From a virus (lineage: Duplodnaviria; Caudoviricetes), in IMG/VR virus record IMGVR_UViG_3300037070_000655, positions 1 through 41,012 of that record: a stretch of DNA of 41,012 nucleotides; one strand, given 5' to 3'. The position numbers and the translations under genes were made by a program. Positions 32,307-39,538 of the stretch are shown in pieces; within the stretch, counting starts at the first letter, position 1; each line of letters opens with the position of its first letter. The notes beneath the pieces are model-generated. The model had not been told where the DNA came from and did not search any database. It was given only the letters and a program-made list of their open reading frames with translations.

Positions 32307-32818
32307 TCTTCGGTCTGATTCCCCTACGGGTGTGGCTCGCGCTGGGTGCCGTGGCAGCCGCTGGGCTGCTCCTGTGGGGCTGGGGACTCCACCGCTACAA
32401 CACAGGCGTCAAGAACACCACAGACAAGTACGAGGCTGCTGCGGCTATACAGCGCGAGGTGAACGCGAAGGCGACGTTCCGCGCGGTCGAGAACACCGCC
32501 AAAGAAGTCGAGGCATTCACTAAGGTCGAGGTGATCAGGGAGACCGTTCATGTCAAAGACAAGGCTGCTGTTGATGCTGTGTGGCGCTATGCTGACCGGT
32601 TGCGCGACGAGCTTGCCCGTCGTAGTGCCGCCCCCGTTGAAGCCACCAGTGCCTGCGCAACTGAACATCGACGACTCCGAGCGGCTGAGAGCATTGTCGG
32701 AGAGTACGTCGAAGTTGTTGCTACGTGCGCAGGAGTTGCAGTCGAAGGTCGAGACTTGGCTCAAGGACTGAGCAACAAGCTCGATCTCTGGAAGGGCTAC
32801 GTCAAGTCCCTACCTTGA
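32303..32818 (+). CDS. Rz: i-spanin (Rz-like)
   Basis: N-terminal TM plus periplasmic helix with Cys; follows the endolysin and contains an embedded lipoprotein gene. Confidence 0.8.
   Translation: MIFGLIPLRVWLALGAVAAAGLLLWGWGLHRYNTGVKNTTDKYEAAAAIQREVNAKATFRAVENTAKEVEAFTKVEVIRETVHVKDKAAVDAVWRYADRLRDELARRSAAPVEATSACATEHRRLRAAESIVGEYVEVVATCAGVAVEGRDLAQGLSNKLDLWKGYVKSLP
32550..32771 (+). CDS. Rz1: o-spanin lipoprotein (Rz1-like), embedded in the +1 frame
   Basis: SD GGGAG; lipobox LTG-C; Pro-rich VVPPPLKPPVP. Confidence 0.85.
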   Translation: MSKTRLLLMLCGAMLTGCATSLPVVVPPPLKPPVPAQLNIDDSERLRALSESTSKLLLRAQELQSKVETWLKD

Positions 32819-33509
32819 CGTGAGCAGCGGCTGCTGCCCGCAGCCACAGGTCGTCGTGCACAGCGCTCTTCCAGCCTGGGATCCACGGACCGCCAAGCGT
32901 GAAGTGCGCAAGGAACAACGGATCAGGTTTCGTCTGCTCACCGACGAGCCAGTTCCACCCCACCGGCAGATCGCCGATCTCGGCATCGTTGAGCCAGTAG
33001 AACGCATGCAGATCGCGACCGGGTCGGTGGTTGATGTCGTGCAGCGTGAGCCGCCAGTTGGCGGGGTGATGACAATCGAAGAGCATCACGCTTGACCAGT
33101 TCTTGCGGGGGTAGACGGTCTGCCGCTGGTTGACCATCTTCCACTCGTCGTGCGGGATGTAGTCGTGCTTGACCACGTAGACCGCCTTGCCCTTTTCGAG
33201 CTTGCTCAAGATGTCGCGTGGGTCAGCGAAGAAAACGACATCGCAGTCCGCGAACAGCGCCCACCGATGCTGGCAGATCAGTGGCACGAGGAACCGGCTC
33301 ACAGCGAACTCGGTGGACTTCGGTGCGTTGCTATGCAGATCGTAGGGCTGGCCACCCCGCTTGTCGGTGATGCGCGTCAGCAGCCCCTGTGCGGCGAGCT
33401 TGGGCGCTGACAGCAGTTCAGCGTCTTCTCGTGTCTCACCTCGCACACTGTCCATTGCGACCATGGCGGCGGCGTGTTCGCCGTGGTCGTAACCGATGTA
33501 GACCTTCAC
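32802..33509 (-). CDS. GT-A glycosyltransferase, GT8-like, resembling the CDI-type family
   Basis: YIGYD, STEFAVSRFLVP, ALFADCD (DxD), VVKHDY, YPRKNWSSVMLF, WNWLVG, HFTLGGPW. Confidence 0.82.
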   Translation of the reverse strand: MKVYIGYDHGEHAAAMVAMDSVRGETREDAELLSAPKLAAQGLLTRITDKRGGQPYDLHSNAPKSTEFAVSRFLVPLICQHRWALFADCDVVFFADPRDILSKLEKGKAVYVVKHDYIPHDEWKMVNQRQTVYPRKNWSSVMLFDCHHPANWRLTLHDINHRPGRDLHAFYWLNDAEIGDLPVGWNWLVGEQTKPDPLFLAHFTLGGPWIPGWKSAVHDDLWLRAAAAAHVKVGT

Positions 33510-34270
33510 CGCGCGTTCCTCCAGTATTGCTCGCCACGTCGCACCCGCAAGTCTATGCGACGCGATCGCCCCTCCTGCTTGCGGTTACCCTTCAGGTGAT
33601 CCATCACAGCGCCGAGTGGTCCGTTGATGAACGGATGACCCGTGTTGCTGAAGCGGCCCGACAGTGACGCCCACGTGATCTCGCGTTCCGTGACCACGTG
33701 CTGCAGCGTGTGACAGTCTGTCCAGTGCTGCAGATTGAACACGGTGTCCTGGGTGTAGAGATCACGCCAGTCTGAGAACAGACCACGAATCGCGGGATGC
33801 TGCATGTTGAACATCACGAAGCCGCACTCGGGGTACTTGTGCGGGCGATCGAGCCACGCCATGGCCTTGTGCTTGGGCAGAAGCTCATCGAGGAACTCTC
33901 TGGGCACCGACGTATGCGTGACCACGTCAGCGTCAATCCAGATCAACACATCTGCCGTAGTGTCGAGTGCTGCGTCGCACACGGCACCAACCTTGTGACT
34001 GAAGCGCACAGCATCGAACAGCAACTGGTAGGGCCGATCGGGCAGCACCCCATTGCGAAGCGGCACCCCGAGGTGCCGCTGCTTGAACTGGTACTGCCAC
34101 GCTGGCAACGTGCGGACGTCCTTCAGCGCGATATCAGGCGTGAAGCCTTCAGCGTAGAGAGTGAACTGGATGCCAGCAGGCCAGTAGTGCATCAACGTCT
34201 TGACCATGCGTCGGCCATAGACCTTCCATCCTCTCTCGTGGCAAGTGGTGACGACTTGGTATGTTGTCAT
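33506..34270 (-). CDS. GT-A nucleotide-diphospho-sugar transferase
   Basis: DAVRFSHKV, LIWIDADV (DxD), YPECGF, WTDC, DHLKG. Confidence 0.78.
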   Translation of the reverse strand: MTTYQVVTTCHERGWKVYGRRMVKTLMHYWPAGIQFTLYAEGFTPDIALKDVRTLPAWQYQFKQRHLGVPLRNGVLPDRPYQLLFDAVRFSHKVGAVCDAALDTTADVLIWIDADVVTHTSVPREFLDELLPKHKAMAWLDRPHKYPECGFVMFNMQHPAIRGLFSDWRDLYTQDTVFNLQHWTDCHTLQHVVTEREITWASLSGRFSNTGHPFINGPLGAVMDHLKGNRKQEGRSRRIDLRVRRGEQYWRNAR

Positions 34271-34273
34271 TGT

Positions 34274-34582
34274 TCAACCATCCGAGAAAGCGTCGATCAC
34301 CGCGAAGGTTTCACGATCGTTGTAAATGCGAGCGCCAAGCATGATTTTCTTTTTGTAGAACTCGATCCACTGTTCGAGTGTTGGTTTCATAAGCTGGCTG
34401 GGAGCACGACCCGTGCACACGTCGTCGCACTCATCAGTGCGGCAGACCACCCGCCAGTGACCGTCGAAGTTGATCTCCAGATGTTTACCCCACCACGCCA
34501 TCGTGCCGATCCGGTACTCGGCGCGATCCATGATGCCGTGCGCTTCCTTCACGGAGACATCGACGTAGGCTGGCACAGTCAC
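34274..34582 (-). CDS. Hypothetical protein (102 aa)
   Basis: GTGA coupling at 34582; fills the gap between the FkbM and GT-A genes. Confidence 0.55.
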   Translation of the reverse strand: MTVPAYVDVSVKEAHGIMDRAEYRIGTMAWWGKHLEINFDGHWRVVCRTDECDDVCTGRAPSQLMKPTLEQWIEFYKKKIMLGARIYNDRETFAVIDAFSDG

Positions 34583-35271
34583 GCCGGCACCATCACGTAG
34601 TCGCCAGCCAACTCCTGCACGACGCGGTAGTTGTGCGCCTGCTCCAGATATTGGATCGCGCCCTTGGGCTGCAGGCCGAACTTGGTGGCCATGTCGCGCT
34701 TCTGCTCGACGATGATCGTGGGGCGCCACTGGCGGATGGTGTTTTCCGCGCCGCGGGCGATGTTTTCCTCGTAGCCCTCGGCGTCGAGCTTGATGAAGTC
34801 GACGTCGATGTACCCGAAGCTGTCGATGGTCAGCATCTCGACATCGTCGGACTTGGTCGCGGTGTGACCATCGATCGTGCGCCGCGAGACAGCGTCACTC
34901 AGATAGCTGTCACCCGAAGCGTAGGTGTTGCTGAGCATGCTGACTCGACTGAACTCTTTGCCCAGCGCGCACTCGTTGAGGCTGTGCTTGTTGCTGTCGT
35001 AGTCAACATTCAGCAGCCAGCACTCGCGCAAGCGCGCGACGGGCTCGAAGCACTCGACACGGTCGAAGCGTTTGTCCAAGTGCATCGTCCACAGACCGAT
35101 GTGCGAACCCTGCTCGATGCAGCGCCGGAAACTCTTGCAGTGGTGCAGCGCGGCTTCGATCTTGGCGTACTGGTACGTGCCCTTGCCGTTGACCAGTTGT
35201 CCGTTGCGGCCCATCCACATGACAAGCTCTTGCTCTTCGGTCGGCATCCAGATGCCTTGGTACTGTTTCAT
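34579..35271 (-). CDS. FkbM-family SAM-dependent O-methyltransferase
   Basis: IEQGSHIGLW, VECFEP, CALG, IDSF..IDVDFIKLDAEGYE, PTIIVE. Confidence 0.88.
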   Translation of the reverse strand: MKQYQGIWMPTEEQELVMWMGRNGQLVNGKGTYQYAKIEAALHHCKSFRRCIEQGSHIGLWTMHLDKRFDRVECFEPVARLRECWLLNVDYDSNKHSLNECALGKEFSRVSMLSNTYASGDSYLSDAVSRRTIDGHTATKSDDVEMLTIDSFGYIDVDFIKLDAEGYEENIARGAENTIRQWRPTIIVEQKRDMATKFGLQPKGAIQYLEQAHNYRVVQELAGDYVMVPA

Positions 35272-35600
35272 TGCTTCTCCAAGTGGTCAGCGATCAGACT
35301 GAGCGCTTTGTGCACATGCTCATCCATGAAATCCTTGCTGATCTCTGCGCGGATGTCTGCGGCTGCCTTTTGCGCGGGGGTAGCCTTGTCAGGACGCGCC
35401 CACAGATCTATGCCAAAGACCTGACCCATGAACTTCGGAGGCTCACCGGGCTTTGGTTCCGATACTCCTGACGAAACCCCTGACCCTGATTCCAGATGGA
35501 TTTGTCTGTAGGTGGCGATGCTCACTTCGATTAACTTGACCGAGACTTCGAGGGCTTCAAGCTTTTCGTAAGCGTCGATGAGCGCTTCAGTGACCTTCAT
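35268..35600 (-). CDS. Hypothetical protein (110 aa)
   Basis: ATGA coupling at both ends; GGAG SD. Confidence 0.6.
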   Translation of the reverse strand: MKVTEALIDAYEKLEALEVSVKLIEVSIATYRQIHLESGSGVSSGVSEPKPGEPPKFMGQVFGIDLWARPDKATPAQKAAADIRAEISKDFMDEHVHKALSLIADHLEKQ

Positions 35601-36121
35601 GGCGTCTCCACGAGATGGAACGGAATCTGCAGACCCATGGCGCTGCGCACTTCCTCGAACTTCGCTTCCCACCACGGCAGCGGCTGGATCGTGACGTGCA
35701 GGTTGATCTCGGTGTTGGGGAACACCTTCTTCGCTGGTCGGCAGCATACCGACGCCCACACGGCTTTGCTGGCGAAGAAGAACAACTCACCGATCACATC
35801 CTCGACCTGATCCTCGGGGATGTGTTCGAGCACGTCGCTGCACACGACGAGATCGTGCTTGCCCAACGGTCGTTCGTCGAGCCGCTCGAACGCAGGGTCG
35901 TACAGCTTGACGTCCCACCACTTGAGACCCCAGTCGGCGTGGATGCGGTGCGGCGCCTTGTACTGGTCACCGCGCCCGCAGCCGTAGTCGAGGATCTTCT
36001 TGACGTCGTACTGCTTGACCAGCTTCTTGATGTCCTGCGAGTGCGTCATGATCGCCGTGCCGGGGAAGTGGATGCCGTCGGCAGCCATCTCCTTGTAGCG
36101 GGGCACAAGGTCTTCGCTCAT
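35597..36121 (-). CDS. Class I SAM-dependent methyltransferase
   Basis: ILDYGCGRG, YDP, DLVVCSDVLEHIP; ATGA coupling at 36121. Confidence 0.88.
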   Translation of the reverse strand: MSEDLVPRYKEMAADGIHFPGTAIMTHSQDIKKLVKQYDVKKILDYGCGRGDQYKAPHRIHADWGLKWWDVKLYDPAFERLDERPLGKHDLVVCSDVLEHIPEDQVEDVIGELFFFASKAVWASVCCRPAKKVFPNTEINLHVTIQPLPWWEAKFEEVRSAMGLQIPFHLVETP

Positions 36122-36678
36122 CCTGTTCTCCGGTAATAGCCGACCCACTCATCGAGGTAGCCGGGTGTCCAGTGGATCTGCGTGAAGCCGTTGCTGGTGA
36201 ACGCAGACTTCAGATTGATTCGTTTGCTGCCCGACCGCGCGTCGTGCACGACCGGGTTGTCTGACCGCGGGGGCAGCCGCAGCACCGCGAGATCGCGGCA
36301 CCGGTACAGCAGCTTGTCGAGAACCGTCAGTGGATCCTTGAGCTTGTGCAAGATCGCCAGCATCACAACCACGTCGTAGTTGCGCTGCGGCAGCCAACTG
36401 TTCATGTCGCCCTGCTCGAACGTGATCGGCAGATCGCCGCGCAGTGCGTTGGCATCGGTCACCGCCTGCGGGCGGATCTCGATGCCGTGCAGCGCAGTCG
36501 CGCCAACCTTGGCCATCTCGATTGTGATGAGCCCTTCGGCGCAGCCGACGTCGAGCACGGTGGCGTTCTTGACGCTGCGCATCAGCAACCCCAACCCGAG
36601 CATCTGCTGGTCAAGTGTGCGGTCCCCCTCACGACCGTCAAACTTGAACCAGGGCCTTATCGGTTTAACCATTTCCAC
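36118..36678 (-). CDS. Class I SAM-dependent methyltransferase
   Basis: VLDVGCAEG, GIE, YDVVVMLAILHKLKDP; alternative ATG at 36672. Confidence 0.88.
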   Translation of the reverse strand: MEMVKPIRPWFKFDGREGDRTLDQQMLGLGLLMRSVKNATVLDVGCAEGLITIEMAKVGATALHGIEIRPQAVTDANALRGDLPITFEQGDMNSWLPQRNYDVVVMLAILHKLKDPLTVLDKLLYRCRDLAVLRLPPRSDNPVVHDARSGSKRINLKSAFTSNGFTQIHWTPGYLDEWVGYYRRTG

Positions 36679-37376
36679 GCTGCTCCCCCTCTGATCTCAT
36701 CAAGCGTCCACTGATTGTCCGCGAGAACCCCCAGGGGCATCAAGCGATCTTGCGTGCTGTCAAATTCGTAGAGCGCGTGCATTGGGTCGACCACGATGTT
36801 GACGCCCTCTATGATCGCTGTGACTGCAGCCGCCGACGTGTGCGTGATCAGGATCGAGGCTTCTTCGAGATCCTGCTTCAGCGTTTTCGACAGCGCGATC
36901 TTGTCGGGGTTCCACGCGCGCAGCACGACCGGGTTGTTCGGCCACACGAGGTTGCACTTGGCCACTGTGTCCTTCAGCCAGTTGCCCCTGTAGCCCGCGA
37001 TCATCTCCATGAAGATGTCGGACTGTGGGCACACGACGATGTGACCCGGACCCTCTTCCGGTTTCCACGGTTTCAGCTTGGGCGAGCCACTGAAGATCGC
37101 GCTCAGCCGCTCCATGCTCGACAGCCCCTTGGCCTTGCACTGGATTGCATTCTTCGTCACCCGGAAGTACGTTCCGCGCGTCTCGTCGAAGTAAGAGTTG
37201 TCGATGTAGTAGTACGTGCGGCCAGAGTCACGCACCTTGCGCCACGTGGCGTAGTTGCTCTCGTTGACGCCGTAGAAGACAGCGGCATCCTGGGTCTTGT
37301 TCTTGCAGCCGTCGAGAAACGCACCGCAGATGTCGAACGACTTGCGCTTGCCGAGAACAGGAAAGCTGGTTACCAC
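36657..37376 (-). CDS. GT-B glycosyltransferase-like protein (KpsC/KpsS-like), paralog of the upstream gene
   Basis: GTG 37376 overlapping the upstream stop; YIDNSYF, IVVCPQS, VVLR, LKQDL..ASILITHTSAAAVTAIIEGV, QWTLDEIRGG. Confidence 0.6.
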   Translation of the reverse strand: MVTSFPVLGKRKSFDICGAFLDGCKNKTQDAAVFYGVNESNYATWRKVRDSGRTYYYIDNSYFDETRGTYFRVTKNAIQCKAKGLSSMERLSAIFSGSPKLKPWKPEEGPGHIVVCPQSDIFMEMIAGYRGNWLKDTVAKCNLVWPNNPVVLRAWNPDKIALSKTLKQDLEEASILITHTSAAAVTAIIEGVNIVVDPMHALYEFDSTQDRLMPLGVLADNQWTLDEIRGGAAWKWLNR

Positions 37377-38140
37377 TTCGCGTCTCCCAGGTTGGCCAAC
37401 ATGCGGGCGAAGGGCTCGCCTGATTCGATCTCTTTGAAGTGCCACTGACCGTGCGCCATGAAGTTCATGCGCTCCGCTCGCGTGGCTTCGTCGACTGCAC
37501 CGGCACAGATCCAGTGCGGTGCGTCGAACTCGACAGGGATGCCTTCGACCAGCGCCTTGACACCCGAGCCGCTCGACCAGATGACGCAAGCCTTGGCACC
37601 CTTCAGGTCTTCGCTGAGCGGTGTCTTCGCAGGGAAGTTGCCGGGGTGCTGGCGCAAGCGCACGTTGAGTCCTTTGGCTGCCAGCGCCTTGGCCATCTTC
37701 TCAGCCCACAGGGCAGGGCTGGCCATCTGCGGGCTGCCGATGCCGCGCTGCCCGCACACAAGGTAGTAGCCGTCACGCTTGCCACCGCTCAGCCACGGCT
37801 TAAGCGTGAAGCCGAGCTTGCTGAAGCGATCCTCACTGGCGTCGTAGGGGAACCAGCCCGCGCCGTTGTGCCCGTGCACGCTGAGCGCGTAGGTGGTCTT
37901 GTCTTCCTTCTGGATGTAGCCGTTCTCGGCCACGATCACGGTGCCGCCGCGCCGCTCCCAGCCTGTGGCCTTCGCATCGTCGGCGCCACGCTTGCGGTTC
38001 CACAGCACCAGCAGATCGCGGCTGTCCGTCGGGTTCGTGTGAGCGGGGCTCATCTTGTACCCGTGACGTCCGAGCCCCTTCACGAAAGCATCGTTTCGAT
38101 AAACAGGTTCGGCTCGAATCTGAACAACCGCGATCGGCAT
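37370..38140 (-). CDS. GT-B glycosyltransferase-like protein (KpsC/KpsS beta-Kdo-transferase-like)
   Basis: SD AAGGAG, ATG 38140; AENGY, LVCGQ, RLRQHP, LSEDL..AKACVIWSSGSGVKALVEGIPV, QWHFKEIESG. Confidence 0.65.
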   Translation of the reverse strand: MPIAVVQIRAEPVYRNDAFVKGLGRHGYKMSPAHTNPTDSRDLLVLWNRKRGADDAKATGWERRGGTVIVAENGYIQKEDKTTYALSVHGHNGAGWFPYDASEDRFSKLGFTLKPWLSGGKRDGYYLVCGQRGIGSPQMASPALWAEKMAKALAAKGLNVRLRQHPGNFPAKTPLSEDLKGAKACVIWSSGSGVKALVEGIPVEFDAPHWICAGAVDEATRAERMNFMAHGQWHFKEIESGEPFARMLANLGDAKW

Positions 38141-38150
38141 GGTTTCTCCT

Positions 38151-38483
38151 TTACTTGCGTTTGGTGGCGTACCACCCATTGGGTGGTTTGTTCCGATTCC
38201 AAGTACCGTGTTCGTTGAGGTACTCCATCATCAACTCGCTGATCTTGTTGATCTCATCCCACCCAACCTTTGAGCCTTCGTTGGTGCACAAGTGGTAGGG
38301 GTAGATGACGTGGTCATAGATTTTGCCCGGTGCATCATCCCATTCAACCTGCCCTCTGTAAAACCAAACATCTTGTGAGTACCCTTCTTTTGGCGGATAC
38401 ACGGTGTGTCCGATAGCGGTGATCTTGTAGATCCTTCCACCATGCTTGTGAAAGGTCTCTTTTAGTTCGATTGAAAGTTCCAT
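38151..38483 (-). CDS. Lower-GC hypothetical protein (110 aa), moron-like
   Basis: GGAG SD; first gene behind the consensus promoter; about 45-52% GC in the lines counted versus about 63% in a typical helicase line. Confidence 0.75.
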   Translation of the reverse strand: MELSIELKETFHKHGGRIYKITAIGHTVYPPKEGYSQDVWFYRGQVEWDDAPGKIYDHVIYPYHLCTNEGSKVGWDEINKISELMMEYLNEHGTWNRNKPPNGWYATKRK

Positions 38484-38527
38484 GTTTGCTCCATTTGAAT
38501 GCCGTCAAACCGATTGGCGGCAGACAC

Positions 38528-38556
38528 ATTATAGCAAACACTAACTAACTTGTCAA
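38528..38556 (-). promoter_or_regulatory. Consensus sigma70 promoter with extended -10
   Basis: Minus strand TTGACA-agttagttagtgtttgc (17 nt)-TATAAT with TGn before the -10. Confidence 0.92.
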
Positions 38557-39185
38557 GTACCCCTGTTTTTGCCTAACTCGATTTCCAGGGTACTCATCGG
38601 CCAGCACGACAGCGCGCTGCCCGGTGTGCAGTTCACAACCTCCAGACCCAATCGCGCCGCGTCCTTGGCCATCGTCGCGAACTTGTGGATCCACTCACCG
38701 AACGTCTGCCCCTGCACCAGCGGCTTCGGGTGGTCGCCGTGCCAGTGCTTCTCCGCGTTCGGTCCCAGCTTCATGTCGTAGCCGGTGAGCAGCACGCGAC
38801 GCGACCCGAAAAGGTACGCGAGGTTGAGTGCCTGCGCTGCGCTGTTGCCGTTGATATGCAGGTACTGCGTGCCGAGCCCCGACTTGTTGACGCCCTTGAT
38901 GCGGTGGGCGCCGTAGCGCTCAGCGGCTGAGTGGTCGCACGTCCACTTCTCACCTTTGAACGTACGCGCCACCTCTTGGTAGTTGAACTTCCACCAGAGC
39001 ATGTCGCCTGCATAGAGCACATCGGCGTAGGGAAACAGCCGGTGCGTGGTGTTCACCACGACCAGCACGAACGGTTTGCCCTGCGCTCGCGCCTTGTGGA
39101 TCGGCAGCGCAGTGTCCTGCATGCTCGGACCGCTGGCGGCGATAACGACGGTGCGGTCTTTCCACCGCTGTGGGATGAGGCTCAT
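38553..39185 (-). CDS. Maf/DUF115 (MptE-like) or sialyltransferase-fold putative transferase
   Basis: IAASGPS, VVNTT..FPYADVLYAGD, GNSAAQALNLAYLFGSRRVLLTGYDM, HWHGDH, VVNCTPGSAL. Confidence 0.62.
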   Translation of the reverse strand: MSLIPQRWKDRTVVIAASGPSMQDTALPIHKARAQGKPFVLVVVNTTHRLFPYADVLYAGDMLWWKFNYQEVARTFKGEKWTCDHSAAERYGAHRIKGVNKSGLGTQYLHINGNSAAQALNLAYLFGSRRVLLTGYDMKLGPNAEKHWHGDHPKPLVQGQTFGEWIHKFATMAKDAARLGLEVVNCTPGSALSCWPMSTLEIELGKNRGT

Positions 39186-39538
39186 GTCTTGGTGAAGTCG
39201 ACGAGACGATCAACCGTTGCCTGCACGTCCAGTTTCTCCTGGCAGTCGGCGGCGCACGCAGCGTAGCCTGCGAGATCAACCAGCGAGTCGCGGTGCGTGG
39301 GGTTGGTGTTGAGCCGCGCCAGCTTCATCAGCGCCATCAGATACGCCACATCGACATGCCGCAGACCTTTGCAACCTTGATCGAGTATCTTCGCGTTGCG
39401 CATGTACAGCGTCCAGTAATCGGCGATCTGCTGGAAGTTGTCTTCCGGTGCACCGTACGCTTGGTTGCGGTCCTTGCTCGTGATCTCGCGCGCCTCGTCG
39501 AGCAGACGTTGCCGCGGATTCAGTTTCTCCCCCATCAT
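39182..39538 (-). CDS. DUF6378-like phage protein
   Basis: LLDEA..IT..DRNQAYGAPEDNF..IA..W...DVA..MALMKLAR......DSLVDLAGYAAC. Confidence 0.8.
   Translation of the reverse strand: MMGEKLNPRQRLLDEAREITSKDRNQAYGAPEDNFQQIADYWTLYMRNAKILDQGCKGLRHVDVAYLMALMKLARLNTNPTHRDSLVDLAGYAACAADCQEKLDVQATVDRLVDFTKT

Noticed and set aside
34579-36678. The three methyltransferases as DNA methyltransferases
   Set aside because: No DPPY/NPPY or PC catalytic motifs; they look like small-molecule or sugar O-methyltransferases
32802-39185. The GT cluster as a captured host LPS/capsule locus or Gtr-type serotype conversion cassette
   Set aside because: No transporter, polymerase, sugar-synthesis or membrane GT genes; the genes are compact, coupled to phage replication genes and similar in composition to the rest of the phage
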